A stretch of DNA of 64,000 bases from Escherichia phage vB_EcoM_G29: the sequence record MK327940.1; one strand, given 5' to 3'. Of this stretch, positions 48,058 to 59,010 are shown piece by piece; position 1 is the first letter of the stretch, and each line of letters starts with the position of its first letter. A model generated the notes under the pieces. That model was not told where the DNA came from. It was given only the letters and a program-made list of their open reading frames with translations, and made no database searches. The translations under genes and the position numbers were made by a program.

Positions 48058-48300
48058 TTGGAGAAAAAGATGTTACTAGAATTTAAACAATTTCTTTATG
48101 AAGCTTCTATTGATGAATTTATGGGTAAAATTGCCTCTTGTCAAACATTAGAAGGTTTAGAAGAACTTGAAGCTTATTATAAGAAAAGAGTTAAAGAAAC
48201 TGAATTAAAAGATACTGATGACATCTCAGTCAGAGATGCTTTGGCAGGAAAAAGAGCTGAATTAGAAGATTCAGACGATGAAGTAGAAGAAAGCTTTTAA
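48058..48300 (+). CDS. uvsW.1: UvsW.1-like small acidic protein
   Basis: 80 aa track ORF immediately downstream of uvsW. Confidence 0.7.
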   Translation: MEKKMLLEFKQFLYEASIDEFMGKIASCQTLEGLEELEAYYKKRVKETELKDTDDISVRDALAGKRAELEDSDDEVEESF

Positions 48301-48355
48301 ATTAAAAAAGGCCCAACCAAAAAGGAAGGGCCAAAACTATAGACTAAAGGTCACA

Positions 48356-48523
48356 CTATAGCAAAAGTTGCGTTTCATTTAATTGTTCTTCCGAACTTTC
48401 TGAAACTGGTAGTTCTTTAATGTAATTATAGCAAGGCCCAGGATGTACAGGACCTTTGTCTGTTTCAACAACCAATGCAGAATCGATTGGAGTTTTACAG
48501 ACAACACAAATCTTATCTGACAT
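48356..48523 (-). CDS. small Cys-containing protein (uvsY.-1 position)
   Basis: Hand-translated 55 aa MSDKICVVCKTPIDSALVVETDKGPVHPGPCYNYIKELPVSESSEEQLNETQLLL; below the track size cutoff. Confidence 0.45.
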   Translation of the reverse strand: MSDKICVVCKTPIDSALVVETDKGPVHPGPCYNYIKELPVSESSEEQLNETQLLL

Positions 48524-48551
48524 GATTGTCTCCTCTGAATTATATATCTAT

Positions 48552-48776
48552 TTATACAACTCTCATATGCATATCAATGCCCATATCTTTAGAATAAAAA
48601 TATTCATCAAGATATCCGGCAAATTTTCCTTTAATATAAAGAACATCTTCACCGCACGGGTGGTCGGCCAGGATACGAATATCCTGACGCTTAAGATTAT
48701 GCTTTTTCATTAAGAATTGAATTTCCGTTTCAAATTCTTCTTCATAATTAAAAGCATCATCAATGTTATATCTCAT
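48552..48776 (-). CDS. uvsY.-2: hypothetical protein (uvsY.-2 position)
   Basis: 74 aa track ORF; stop of uvsY overlaps its start. Confidence 0.65.
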   Translation of the reverse strand: MRYNIDDAFNYEEEFETEIQFLMKKHNLKRQDIRILADHPCGEDVLYIKGKFAGYLDEYFYSKDMGIDMHMRVV

Positions 48777-49189
48777 TATTTTCCAGCCTCAAATGCTCGC
48801 ATGTCTTGAATATGCTTAATAGCAAATCCACGTGATTTAATAGCATCAAGAGCTCCGCTACAGAAATCTAATAAAATCCCCCAATACTGTAACGAGGTAT
48901 CAACCTTTAAAACATCCTTATCAGCTGATAGAACTGTCTTCATTTCTGATTTCTCGTAACGATCCATACTAAATTCATCACCATCTCCTCGTCCCGAGTA
49001 GTAGTCTAATTTAGCTTTAAGAGCAACTTTTTTCTGTGCTTCAATTCTAAGCATTTCCTTTTTAATACTTGAATGCTTATTAAGCCATTTACTATATAAC
49101 ATCACATTATTAGCTGCTTCATACTGTAATTTAGTCGAATCTATAAACACATCTTTCTTCAATTCTTCTTGAAGATCTTCTAATCTCAT
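48776..49189 (-). CDS. uvsY: recombination mediator UvsY
   Basis: 137 aa MRLEDLQEELKKDVFIDSTKLQYEAANNVMLYSKWLNK... matches my memory of T4 UvsY. Confidence 0.93.
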   Translation of the reverse strand: MRLEDLQEELKKDVFIDSTKLQYEAANNVMLYSKWLNKHSSIKKEMLRIEAQKKVALKAKLDYYSGRGDGDEFSMDRYEKSEMKTVLSADKDVLKVDTSLQYWGILLDFCSGALDAIKSRGFAIKHIQDMRAFEAGK

Positions 49190-49255
49190 ATTGTTCTCTA
49201 TTCAATTGTTATTGGATGGACTTAGATTCATTATACCACGTTTATACGTGAAGCA

Positions 49256-49654
49256 TTATACTCTATTACTGGAAGCCAGTTGTAGTTTTATCTGCTCAAT
49301 ATCATCAGGGTTATCGATGACTGAAAAGCGTATTTCTACTATCAAAGTATAATCATCATAAACCGGTATTACATTAACTGCTAATTTATCAATACGTGGC
49401 TCATAGTTTCTTACTGCGCTTTCGATATTACGCTCAACCGTGTCAGCAGTAAGAGGAGTCATATTCTCAAAAAGTTGGTCAGATAAATCGCATCCAAATT
49501 CAGGGTCAAACGGTCTTGAACCTTTTCTTGTTGTAATAATTCCTAAAAGACTATTTTTAATTGACCTTAATCCAAGTGATCTTGAAACGTCTTTGTTCCA
49601 ATCCATTTTCATCTCTGGGTCAATATCAGAATAAAGCTTATTAATATTTGCCAT
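49256..49654 (-). CDS. 25: baseplate wedge protein gp25
   Basis: 132 aa; T4 length and synteny. Confidence 0.92.
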   Translation of the reverse strand: MANINKLYSDIDPEMKMDWNKDVSRSLGLRSIKNSLLGIITTRKGSRPFDPEFGCDLSDQLFENMTPLTADTVERNIESAVRNYEPRIDKLAVNVIPVYDDYTLIVEIRFSVIDNPDDIEQIKLQLASSNRV

Positions 49655-50280
49655 TACAATAGCTCAAAGAATTCTTTGAGTCCTCTTATTACATGAGCGT
49701 GAGTTTTTCCACACTCTGGACATTTAATTGGAACAGCCAAATAAACAGTAGGCTTTAAAAGCATATCTTTTATAGCTACAATATCTGACTCTGTGATGAT
49801 AGAATATAAATCTTCTAGTTCCTTTTCATTTAAGTCTTCAACTGGAATGCTTTCCCCGTTAGCATGAATCGTTTCTATACATGATACTATCATGTGGGCT
49901 ATATTTTTATCATCAAAAATTTTAGGGTATCGGAATTTAATTTTAATGTCACCCAGTGTATACCAAAGGTCTTCTGGTGCATCTATTTGTGTATGTAATA
50001 GATTTATATGGGTTGGTATTTCAGTTCCGCAGGTGCACTTCCAGGAGTTTTCGTGATTAACTTCTCCAAGAGAATGCGCCCATAAATGAATCAACAATAG
50101 TTCTGATTCTTGGCGATTTAAATCTTTTGCATTTGTGCAGTCTTTGATTAGCTTTTTAACAATTACTTCTACAGAACCATTATTTTTGGCAGTAATAAGT
50201 TCTAGATATTCTTTAAGAGTAAATGCGCGACAGTTGATTATTTTAGAACCAACTCTCACATCAAATTTGTATTCATACAT
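49654..50280 (-). CDS. 26: baseplate hub protein gp26
   Basis: 208 aa; synteny. Confidence 0.9.
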   Translation of the reverse strand: MYEYKFDVRVGSKIINCRAFTLKEYLELITAKNNGSVEVIVKKLIKDCTNAKDLNRQESELLLIHLWAHSLGEVNHENSWKCTCGTEIPTHINLLHTQIDAPEDLWYTLGDIKIKFRYPKIFDDKNIAHMIVSCIETIHANGESIPVEDLNEKELEDLYSIITESDIVAIKDMLLKPTVYLAVPIKCPECGKTHAHVIRGLKEFFELL

Positions 50281-50301
50281 ATTTAGCTCCTTTATTTATC
50301 A

Positions 50302-50313
50302 TATTTATAAATA
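50302..50313. promoter_or_regulatory. overlapping divergent late promoters for gene 26 (minus) and gene 51 (plus)
   Basis: tatttataaata contains TATAAATA on the plus strand (50306-50313) and on the minus strand (50302-50309). Confidence 0.75.
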
Positions 50314-50330
50314 GAATAAAAGGAGCATCT

Positions 50331-51080
50331 ATGGCAAACATTATTCGTTGTAAATTACCAGATGGTGTTCATCGTTTTAAACCATTTACGGTAGAAGATT
50401 ATCGAGATTTTTTGTTAGTTCGAAACGATATAGAGCATCGGTCACCACAAGAACAAAAAGAAATAATTACTGATTTAATTGATGATTATTTTGGAGACTA
50501 TCCGAAGACTTGGCAACCATTTATATTTTTGCAGGTATTTGTAGGTTCAATAGGTAAAACTAAAGTACCAGTCACATTTGTATGTCCAAAATGTAAAAAA
50601 GAAAAGACAGTTCCATTTGAAATATATCAAAAAGAATTAAAGGAACCTATTTTTGATGTAGCTAATGTTAAAATTAAATTAAATTTTCCTTCTGAGTTTT
50701 ATGAAAATAAAGCAAAGATGATTACTGAAAATATTCATTCTGTTCAAGTAGATGAAATGTGGTATGATTGGAAGGAAATTAGTGAATCGAGTCAAATAGA
50801 ACTTGTTGACGCCATCGAGATAGAAACATTAGAAAAAATTCTCGATGCAATGAATCCTATTAATTTAACATTGCACATGTCGTGTTGTGATAAGTACATT
50901 AAAAAATACACTGATATAGTAGATGTGTTTAAGCTATTAGTTAATCCAGATGAGATATTTACTTTTTATCAAATTAATCACACGCTTGTAAAAAGTAATT
51001 ATAGCTTAAATTCAATAATGAAAATGATTCCTGCCGAGCGCGGATTCGTATTAAAACTGATTGAGAAGGATAAACAATAA
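50331..51080 (+). CDS. 51: baseplate hub assembly protein gp51
   Basis: 249 aa; synteny. Confidence 0.9.
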   Translation: MANIIRCKLPDGVHRFKPFTVEDYRDFLLVRNDIEHRSPQEQKEIITDLIDDYFGDYPKTWQPFIFLQVFVGSIGKTKVPVTFVCPKCKKEKTVPFEIYQKELKEPIFDVANVKIKLNFPSEFYENKAKMITENIHSVQVDEMWYDWKEISESSQIELVDAIEIETLEKILDAMNPINLTLHMSCCDKYIKKYTDIVDVFKLLVNPDEIFTFYQINHTLVKSNYSLNSIMKMIPAERGFVLKLIEKDKQ

Positions 51081-52252
51081 TGAGTATGTTGCAACGCCCC
51101 GGATATCCAAATCTCAGCGTTAAATTATTTGAGAGTTATGACGCTTGGAGTAATAATAGATTTGTTGAATTAGCTGCTACTATTACCACATTAACTATGC
51201 GGGATTCTCTTTATGGTCGAAATGAAGGAATGCTACAATTTTATGATTCTAAAAATATCCATACAAAAATGGATGGAAATGAAATAATTCAGATTTCTGT
51301 AGCTAATGCAAACGATATTAATAATGTTAAAACAAGAATTTATGGATGTAAGCATTTTTCTGTATCTGTAGATTCAAAAGGTGATAACATCATTGCTATT
51401 GAATTGGGAACTATTCATTCTATAGAAAATCTTAAATTTGGTAGACCATTTTTCCCTGATGCAGGTGAATCTATAAAAGAAATGCTTGGTGTCATTTATC
51501 AAGACCGCACATTATTAACTCCAGCAATAAATGCTATAAATGCTTATGTTCCTGATATTCCATGGACTAGCACATTTGAAAACTATTTGTCATATGTAAG
51601 AGAAGTTGCTCTAGCGGTAGGAAGCGATAAGTTCGTATTTGTATGGCAAGACATCATGGGAGTTAACATGATGGACTATGATATGATGATAAATCAAGAA
51701 CCATATCCAATGATTGTAGGTGAGCCAACTTTAATAGGTCAATTCGTCCAAGAATTGAAATATCCATTAGCATATGATTTTGTTTGGTTGACTAAATCAA
51801 ACCCGCATAAACGTGATCCAATGAAAAATGCTACTATCTATGCTCATTCATTTTTAGATTCTTCATTACCAATGATTACTACAGGAAAGGGTGAAAACTC
51901 TATTGTAGTGTCAAGGTCAGGTGCTTATTCTGAAATGACTTATAGAAATGGATATGAAGAAGCTATTCGTCTTCAGACTATGGCGCAATATGACGGCTAT
52001 GCTAAATGTTCTACTGTCGGTAATTTTAACTTGACTCCTGGCGTTAAAATTATTTTTAATGATAGTAAAAACCAATTTAAAACAGAATTTTACGTTGATG
52101 AAGTTATTCACGAATTATCAAATAATAATTCCGTAACTCATCTATATATGTTCACTAATGCAACGAAACTGGAAACAATCGACCCAGTTAAGGTTAAAAA
52201 TGAATTTAAAACTGATACTACCACTGAAGAAAGTAGTTCTTCCGATAAGTAA
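51080..52252 (+). CDS. 27: baseplate hub protein gp27
   Basis: 390 aa; synteny. Confidence 0.92.
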   Translation: MSMLQRPGYPNLSVKLFESYDAWSNNRFVELAATITTLTMRDSLYGRNEGMLQFYDSKNIHTKMDGNEIIQISVANANDINNVKTRIYGCKHFSVSVDSKGDNIIAIELGTIHSIENLKFGRPFFPDAGESIKEMLGVIYQDRTLLTPAINAINAYVPDIPWTSTFENYLSYVREVALAVGSDKFVFVWQDIMGVNMMDYDMMINQEPYPMIVGEPTLIGQFVQELKYPLAYDFVWLTKSNPHKRDPMKNATIYAHSFLDSSLPMITTGKGENSIVVSRSGAYSEMTYRNGYEEAIRLQTMAQYDGYAKCSTVGNFNLTPGVKIIFNDSKNQFKTEFYVDEVIHELSNNNSVTHLYMFTNATKLETIDPVKVKNEFKTDTTTEESSSSDK

Positions 52253-52733
52253 TAAAGAAGTTTCTATTCCTAAGATGGGTCTTAAACATTATAACATTTT
52301 AAAAGATGTTAAAGGTCCTGATGAAAATTTAAAGCTTCTTATTGATTCTATTTGTCCAAATTTATCACCGGCAGAAGTTGATTTCGTTTCTATTCATTTA
52401 TTGGAATTTAATGGAAAGATTAAATCTCGTAAAGAAATAGATGGCTATACTTATGACATTAATGATGTTTATGTATGCCAAAGATTAGAATTTCAATACC
52501 AAGGAAATACATTTTATTTTAGACCTCCTGGAAAATTTGAACAATTTTTAACGGTGAGCGATATGTTATCTAAATGCTTGCTTAAGGTCAACGATGAAGT
52601 TAAAGAAATTAATTTTCTTGAGATGCCAGCATTCGTTTTAAAATGGGCAAATGATATTTTTACAACTTTAGCAATTCCTGGCCCTAATGGTCCAATAACT
52701 GGAATTGGCAATATTATTGGATTATTTGAATGA
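52200..52733 (+). CDS. 28: baseplate hub protein gp28
   Basis: Start set at ATG 52200 (MNLKLILPL..., 177 aa); track ORF begins further upstream inside gene 27. Confidence 0.8.
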   Translation: MNLKLILPLKKVVLPISNKEVSIPKMGLKHYNILKDVKGPDENLKLLIDSICPNLSPAEVDFVSIHLLEFNGKIKSRKEIDGYTYDINDVYVCQRLEFQYQGNTFYFRPPGKFEQFLTVSDMLSKCLLKVNDEVKEINFLEMPAFVLKWANDIFTTLAIPGPNGPITGIGNIIGLFE

Positions 52734-54502
52734 AAAAGCCACAAGAAATGCAAACGATGCGTAGAAAAGTTATTTCAGATAATAAACCAACACAGGAAGC
52801 GGCTAAATCCGCTTCCAATACTTTATCTGGACTTAATGACATTTCTACAAAATTGGATGATGCTCAAGCTGCTTCTGAATTAATAGCTCAAACCGTTGAA
52901 GAAAAATCGAATGAAATAATTGGAGCAATTGACAATGTAGAAAGCGCAGTGAGTGATACTACTGCTGGTTCTGAGTTAATTGCTGAAACTGTCGAAATTG
53001 GCAATAATATTAATAAAGAAATCGGTGAATCGCTCGGAAGTAAATTAGATAAATTAACGAGTTTACTCGAGCAAAAAATCCAGACAGCCGGAATTCAACA
53101 AACAGGAACTAGTTTAGCTACGGTTGAAAGCGCTATTCCTGTTAAAGTTGTTGAGGACGATACAGCTGAATCCGTGGGTCCTTTATTACCAGCTCCTGAA
53201 GCAGTTAATAATGATCCTGACGCTGATTTTTTCCCTGCCCCTCAACCAGTTGAACCTAAGCGAGAGTCACCGGAAGAAAAACAGAAAAAAGAAGCATTTA
53301 ATTTAAAATTATCTCAAGCTTTAGATAAATTAACAAAGACTGTTGATTTTGGATTTAAAAAATCCATTTCAATTACTGATAAAATATCAAGCATGCTATT
53401 TAAGTATACTGTCAGTGCTGCTATTGAAGCTGCTAAAATGGTTGCATTAATAATGGCTGTTGTTATTGGAATAGACCTACTGATGGTTCATTTTAAATAT
53501 TGGTCAGATAAATTTTCAAAAGCCTGGGATTTGTTTAGCACTGATTTTAAAACTTTTTCAAGCGAAACCGGAACTTGGGGTCCTTTATTACAGAGCATCT
53601 TTGAATCTATTGATGAAATTAAAAAGTTCTGGGAAGCGGGAGATTGGGGCGGTTTGACGGTAGCTATTGTAGAAGGGCTTGGAAAGGTTCTTTATAATTT
53701 AGGAGAACTTATTCAGCTTGGAATGGCTAAATTATCAGCAGCAATTCTTCGAGTTATTCCTGGTATGAAAGATACTGCTGACGAAGTAGAAGGAAGAGCA
53801 CTGGAAAATTTCCAAAATTCTACTGGAGCATCTCTCAATAAAGAAGACCAGGAAAAAGTTGCGAATTATCAAGATAAACGAATGAATGGAGACCTTGGTC
53901 CGATAGCAGAAGGACTAGACAAAATTGCGAACTGGAAAACTCGTGCATCTAACTGGATTCGTGGTGTTGATAATAAAGAAGCATTGACAACTGATGAAGA
54001 ACGCGCAGCAGAAGAAGAAAAATTAAAGCAGCTTTCACCAGAAGAAAGAAAAAATGCTTTAATGAAGGCTAATGAAGCCCGTGCCGCGATGATTCGTTTT
54101 GAAAAATATGCTGATTCAGCTGATATGAGTAAAGACTCAACGGTTAAATCAGTTGAAGCTGCCTATGAAGACCTTAAAAAACGAATGGATGACCCGGATT
54201 TAAATAATTCACCGGCAGTTAAAAAAGAACTTGCTGCTAGATTTTCTAAAATTGATGCTACTTATCAAGAGCTCAAGAAAAATCAGCCTAATGCCAAACC
54301 TCAAACTTCTGCTAAATCGCCAGAAGCAAAACAAGTCCAGGTAATAGAAAAGAACAAAGCACAGCAAGCTCCTATTCAACAAGCATCTCCTTCAATCAAT
54401 AATACTAATAATGTTATTAAGAAAAATACTGTCGTTCATAATATGACACCCGTAACGAGCACGACTGCTCCTGGTGTATTTGATGCGACTGGAGTTAATT
54501 AA
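52730..54502 (+). CDS. 29: tail tape measure / baseplate hub protein gp29
   Basis: 590 aa; synteny. Confidence 0.92.
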   Translation: MKKPQEMQTMRRKVISDNKPTQEAAKSASNTLSGLNDISTKLDDAQAASELIAQTVEEKSNEIIGAIDNVESAVSDTTAGSELIAETVEIGNNINKEIGESLGSKLDKLTSLLEQKIQTAGIQQTGTSLATVESAIPVKVVEDDTAESVGPLLPAPEAVNNDPDADFFPAPQPVEPKRESPEEKQKKEAFNLKLSQALDKLTKTVDFGFKKSISITDKISSMLFKYTVSAAIEAAKMVALIMAVVIGIDLLMVHFKYWSDKFSKAWDLFSTDFKTFSSETGTWGPLLQSIFESIDEIKKFWEAGDWGGLTVAIVEGLGKVLYNLGELIQLGMAKLSAAILRVIPGMKDTADEVEGRALENFQNSTGASLNKEDQEKVANYQDKRMNGDLGPIAEGLDKIANWKTRASNWIRGVDNKEALTTDEERAAEEEKLKQLSPEERKNALMKANEARAAMIRFEKYADSADMSKDSTVKSVEAAYEDLKKRMDDPDLNNSPAVKKELAARFSKIDATYQELKKNQPNAKPQTSAKSPEAKQVQVIEKNKAQQAPIQQASPSINNTNNVIKKNTVVHNMTPVTSTTAPGVFDATGVN

Positions 54503-54510
54503 GGAATAAT

Positions 54511-55605
54511 ATGGCAATTGTTAAAGAAATAACTGCTGATTTAATTAAAAAGTCCGGTGAGAAAATTTCAGCCGGACAGAGTACTAAATCAGAAGTAGCA
54601 ACTAAAACATACACTGCCCAGTTTCCAACTGGGCGTGCTAGTGGTAATGACACTACAGGGGACTTCCAGGTAACAGATCTATATAAGAATGGATTATTAT
54701 TTACTGCATACAATATGTCATCTAGGGATTCTGGAAGTCTTAGAACGATGAGATCTAACTACTCTTCTTCATCTTCGAGTATTTTACGTACAGCCAGAAA
54801 CACTATCAGTAATACAGTATCAAAACTATCAAATGGACTAATATCAGATAATAATTCAGGAACAATAAGTAAAGTTCCTGTTGCAAATATTCTTTTACCT
54901 AGATCTAAATCTGACGTCGATACGTCATCACATAGATTTAATGATGTTCAAGATAGTCTTATTACAAAAGGTGGAGGTACTGCTACTGGTGTGCTAAGCA
55001 ATATGGCTTCAACCGCAGTATTTGGAGCGCTGGAAAGTATAACACAAGGTATAATGGCTGATAATAATGAACAGATTTATACGACAGCCAGAAGCATGTA
55101 CGGCGGTGCTGAAAATAGAACTAAAGTGTTCACTTGGGATTTGACTCCGCGCTCAACAGAAGATTTAATGGCTATTATTAATATCTATCAGTATTTTAAC
55201 TATTTTTCTTACGGTGAAACTGGTAAATCTCAATATGCTGCTGAAATAAAAGGATATCTAGATGAGTGGTACCGTTCTACTTTTATTGAGCCGTTAACTC
55301 CAGAAGATGCAGTTAAAAATAAGACGTTATTTGAGAAAATGACATCGAGTTTAACTAACGTTCTTGTAGTTTCAAACCCGACAATTTGGATGGTGAAAAA
55401 CTTTGGTGCAACATCTAAGTTTGATGGAAAAACGGAAATATTCGGTCCATGTCAAATCCAGAGTATCAGATTTGATAAAACACCTAATGGTAACTTTAAC
55501 GGATTAGCTATTGCTCCAAATCTCCCTAGTACATTTACTCTCGAGATTACTATGAGAGAAATTATCACGTTAAACCGTGCTTCTTTATATGCGGGGACTT
55601 TTTAA
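54511..55605 (+). CDS. 48: baseplate tail tube cap gp48
   Basis: 364 aa; synteny. Confidence 0.92.
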   Translation: MAIVKEITADLIKKSGEKISAGQSTKSEVATKTYTAQFPTGRASGNDTTGDFQVTDLYKNGLLFTAYNMSSRDSGSLRTMRSNYSSSSSSILRTARNTISNTVSKLSNGLISDNNSGTISKVPVANILLPRSKSDVDTSSHRFNDVQDSLITKGGGTATGVLSNMASTAVFGALESITQGIMADNNEQIYTTARSMYGGAENRTKVFTWDLTPRSTEDLMAIINIYQYFNYFSYGETGKSQYAAEIKGYLDEWYRSTFIEPLTPEDAVKNKTLFEKMTSSLTNVLVVSNPTIWMVKNFGATSKFDGKTEIFGPCQIQSIRFDKTPNGNFNGLAIAPNLPSTFTLEITMREIITLNRASLYAGTF

Positions 55606-56570
55606 TGTATTCTTTAGAGGAATTTAATAATCAAGCAATAAACGCAGATTTCCAACGTAATAATATGTTCAGCTGTGTTTTTGCTACAACTCCATCAACT
55701 AAAAGCTCTTCGTTGATAAGTTCAATTAGCAACTTTTCTTATAATAACTTGGGCCTAAATTCAGATTGGTTAGGATTAACTCAAGGCGATATTAATCAGG
55801 GAATTACTACGCTAATTACAGCTGGCACACAAAAACTGATAAGAAAATCAGGGGTTAGTAAATATCTTATTGGTGCCATGAGTCAACGTACAGTTCAAAG
55901 TTTATTAGGCTCATTTACAGTTGGTACATATTTAATTGACTTCTTTAACATGGCATATAACTCATCTGGATTGATGATATACTCTGTAAAAATGCCAGAG
56001 AATAGATTATCCTATGAAACTGACTGGAACTATAATTCTCCTAATATTCGTATAACTGGGAGAGAATTAGACCCTTTGGTTATTTCATTCAGAATGGATT
56101 CAGAAGCTTGTAACTATCGTGCAATGCAAGACTGGGTTAACGCTGTTCAAGACCCAGTAACTGGATTGCGTGCTTTGCCGCAAGATGTCGAGGCTGATAT
56201 TCAGGTTAATCTTCATTCTCGCAATGGATTACCACATACTGCGGTGATGTTCACTGGATGCATTCCAGTGTCCGTAAGCGCTCCTGAGTTATCATATGAT
56301 GGAGATAACCAAATAACTACATTTGATGTTACTTTTGCGTATAGAGTCATGCAGGCTGGAGCAGTTGATAGACAAGCTGCGCTTGAATGGCTTGAATCTG
56401 CTGCTATAAATGGTATTCAAAGCGTTCTCGGAAATAGTGGAGGTGTCACTGGACTATCTAATTCGCTTTCACGACTTAGTAGATTAGGGGGAACTGCAGG
56501 AAGCATTTCAAATATTAACACTATGACAGGAATTGTCAATTCGCAAAGTAAAATATTAGGAGCAATATAA
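55605..56570 (+). CDS. 54: baseplate tail tube initiator gp54
   Basis: 321 aa; synteny. Confidence 0.92.
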   Translation: MYSLEEFNNQAINADFQRNNMFSCVFATTPSTKSSSLISSISNFSYNNLGLNSDWLGLTQGDINQGITTLITAGTQKLIRKSGVSKYLIGAMSQRTVQSLLGSFTVGTYLIDFFNMAYNSSGLMIYSVKMPENRLSYETDWNYNSPNIRITGRELDPLVISFRMDSEACNYRAMQDWVNAVQDPVTGLRALPQDVEADIQVNLHSRNGLPHTAVMFTGCIPVSVSAPELSYDGDNQITTFDVTFAYRVMQAGAVDRQAALEWLESAAINGIQSVLGNSGGVTGLSNSLSRLSRLGGTAGSISNINTMTGIVNSQSKILGAI

Positions 56571-56573
56571 CAA

Positions 56574-56600
56574 TGGGGACCTTTCGGTCCCCATATTTTT
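56574..56600. terminator. bidirectional terminator after gene 54
   Basis: tggggacctttcggtcccca hairpin followed by tattttta; lies between convergent genes. Confidence 0.75.
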
Positions 56601-56889
56601 ATTTACGGAATGAAATGAAAGCAGCAACTGAAGCAACTAAACTGTCTTCAATATAAACTTCAATTTTTACCGGAGCTTCTGACTCAAATTTACCTGTTAC
56701 TACACCCTGAAAAATACTTTCAGTCTGTTCTGGCTTTGAAAAATTTTCAGAAGGAAAAATTCCGAACTTTTTATCTGTTCCAAAAATTTTGATAAATTCA
56801 TCGTAAACTGCTTCATTAAAAGCATTATCAGCAGGAATAACGCCTTCAACTACAAGTTCTTGACCTAAAAAGCGCAAAGAAGATTTCAT
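56599..56889 (-). CDS. hypothetical protein (alt.-3 position)
   Basis: 96 aa track ORF; early promoter GTTTACA, 17 bp, TATAGT on the minus strand at 56906-56948. Confidence 0.6.
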   Translation of the reverse strand: MKSSLRFLGQELVVEGVIPADNAFNEAVYDEFIKIFGTDKKFGIFPSENFSKPEQTESIFQGVVTGKFESEAPVKIEVYIEDSLVASVAAFISFRK

Positions 56890-56949
56890 TTTGTGTTCCT
56901 CATGTTATGTCAGTAAGACTACTATAACACAACACGAGGGACTTGTAAA

Positions 56950-59007
56950 CTACATCTTGAACTTTTTAGACATTCCGTTGATGTTAACCAAAGAAGCTAA
57001 GATTTGAGAAACTTCGTTTTCCTCTTCTTTTGATTCTTCTACAAGGAATTGATTAAATCCAGCCATTGGACGAACTTCACCAGTTTCCATTAGATGGTCG
57101 CCATCATATACTGATTCTTCTAATTGTTCAGAAGGAGGAACGATTGTACCTTCGATTAGATACTTGTTATAAGCAGTTTCTTTCATAAAGTAAGTACTTA
57201 CTTTATTAATCTTCAGTAAAATTCCACGTGGTAGAATAACTTCAGCTTCTGACGGAAATCCTGATAAATGACCCGGAACGATAACTTTGATTCGCTCAGC
57301 TCCTTTAATTACCATACCCACGCTAGTTTCAGCATCTTCATTAGCATATGTAGAATGACTACCCATATGCATCAAATCTTCTGCATCAACGGAACCTTCT
57401 CCTTCACCAGAAAATACTGCGCCGGAATCATCTAGAGCCATATAGTTTTTACCATGCTCACCGAAGATATTTGGTTTAAGCGATGTGGATACGAAGTTCT
57501 TGAAATAGAACATTTTATTTTCAATGTTATGACGCAAAGTTTTAAAGGTAACTTCTTGTCCACGGTAAAGTGTAGTTCCTGGAGGAAGAACTGAACCTTT
57601 AGCGAATGCAGAATCAAGCGTCTCAATATGTTTAATAGCTCGTTCCATATATTCTTCACGGGTAGAATCTGGTTTACCCAAAAGGAACGAGTTCATTTCA
57701 ACATATGAATCTGCACAATAATCTTCAATTACATCAGATTCAGCTTGAGTTAATCCTTTTGGAGTTACTTCAGTGCTTGCGTATTCATATGCCTGAGCAG
57801 CAGATTCATTAATCAATTTATAAATGCCATTCATGACAAATTGAATAATAGCTGTCTTTTCATCTGGCGTAGCTTTAGAACCTTTAACCAAATCATTGAT
57901 AATTTTCTTAATAACATCAAAGCTATTAGAAATATTAATATCAGCAAGATCGCTTAAAATTTTATCAGTCTTATAATCAAAGAATTCTTTATTCTTTAAA
58001 TATTCTTGAGAACCTTGATATGTTATATCGCTCTGTAACTTGATAGATGGATCACGTAAACGTGCATGGGCTAATGCAATATGATTTCGGAAGCTTTCGA
58101 GTTCATAATCACTAGATTTAAAACGAGAAGCGCTTCTCATACCGCCTATAGCTCCTTTGCTGAAGTTTGAACCAATTTGAATAACGCCAGAGTTCATTGG
58201 TCCTTCTGCTTTATACACCGGAACTTTAGATTCAAACTCTTGATATTTCTTAGCAGCGAAGCTATCACCCTGAAGTGAAGCATCAACAGTAGAATATTGA
58301 GCTTGTGCTGCTAATCGACGACTAATTTTAGTTTTCTGAATAACAGCTTGGTCCGTGCGCTTATCATTTTCTAAAGCAATAGAAGCAGCAACAGCAACAG
58401 CTTTAGGAACAGCATTACCTGTTTTAACATCTACATAAACATCACCAACCTTTGATTCAACTTTTGTGAATAACTCAGTTGAAATAGGAGGTACACCTGG
58501 AATGTCTTCTAAATTGGCATTTTTACGATAAACCATAATATATGCGTACTTTTTATCATAATCCCAGATTTCCTTTAAAAGAACATATCGACCTGCTCCT
58601 TTAGTACGTACTAAACGGTCAGCAATAACTTGCATTTGACGAGCAGCGCCATTTGTTTTACTCTTTAGTACGCGGAATAAGCATGCATCAATTTTATACT
58701 GTTTCATTGTTTGAAGAGCAGTATCAAAAACAGCGTTAATGACGCCAATTGGATTTCCACCCAAGTTTCTAAGTTTAACCAGTGATAATTTCTCGTTGAC
58801 ACCTATCATTACGATATGCATCATTTTATCGCCCGGCTTAACGTTTTTATTTGTATCACCTCCAGAGGTGTATGTACAAAATCTAAATCCAGGAAGCACG
58901 CTTTCTTCGCCGGCTTGAATAGCAAAAATTTGAGGTATTTTATGCTTAGGATTTAAGTTAACAACCGGCGCCGAAGCGCCGTCAAATAATTCTGTAATAA
59001 GTTCCAT
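56950..59007 (-). CDS. Alt-like ADP-ribosyltransferase paralogue
   Basis: 685 aa; shares N-terminus MELITELFD and LYRG...FVSTSL...EAEVILPRG motifs with the adjacent alt but is divergent overall. Confidence 0.8.
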   Translation of the reverse strand: MELITELFDGASAPVVNLNPKHKIPQIFAIQAGEESVLPGFRFCTYTSGGDTNKNVKPGDKMMHIVMIGVNEKLSLVKLRNLGGNPIGVINAVFDTALQTMKQYKIDACLFRVLKSKTNGAARQMQVIADRLVRTKGAGRYVLLKEIWDYDKKYAYIMVYRKNANLEDIPGVPPISTELFTKVESKVGDVYVDVKTGNAVPKAVAVAASIALENDKRTDQAVIQKTKISRRLAAQAQYSTVDASLQGDSFAAKKYQEFESKVPVYKAEGPMNSGVIQIGSNFSKGAIGGMRSASRFKSSDYELESFRNHIALAHARLRDPSIKLQSDITYQGSQEYLKNKEFFDYKTDKILSDLADINISNSFDVIKKIINDLVKGSKATPDEKTAIIQFVMNGIYKLINESAAQAYEYASTEVTPKGLTQAESDVIEDYCADSYVEMNSFLLGKPDSTREEYMERAIKHIETLDSAFAKGSVLPPGTTLYRGQEVTFKTLRHNIENKMFYFKNFVSTSLKPNIFGEHGKNYMALDDSGAVFSGEGEGSVDAEDLMHMGSHSTYANEDAETSVGMVIKGAERIKVIVPGHLSGFPSEAEVILPRGILLKINKVSTYFMKETAYNKYLIEGTIVPPSEQLEESVYDGDHLMETGEVRPMAGFNQFLVEESKEEENEVSQILASLVNINGMSKKFKM

Positions 59008-59010
59008 GAT

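Noticed and set aside
48456-48713. 85-aa plus-strand track ORF
   Set aside because: Overlaps the minus-strand uvsY.-2 and small Cys ORF and has no start context; neighbouring genes all run on the minus strand.
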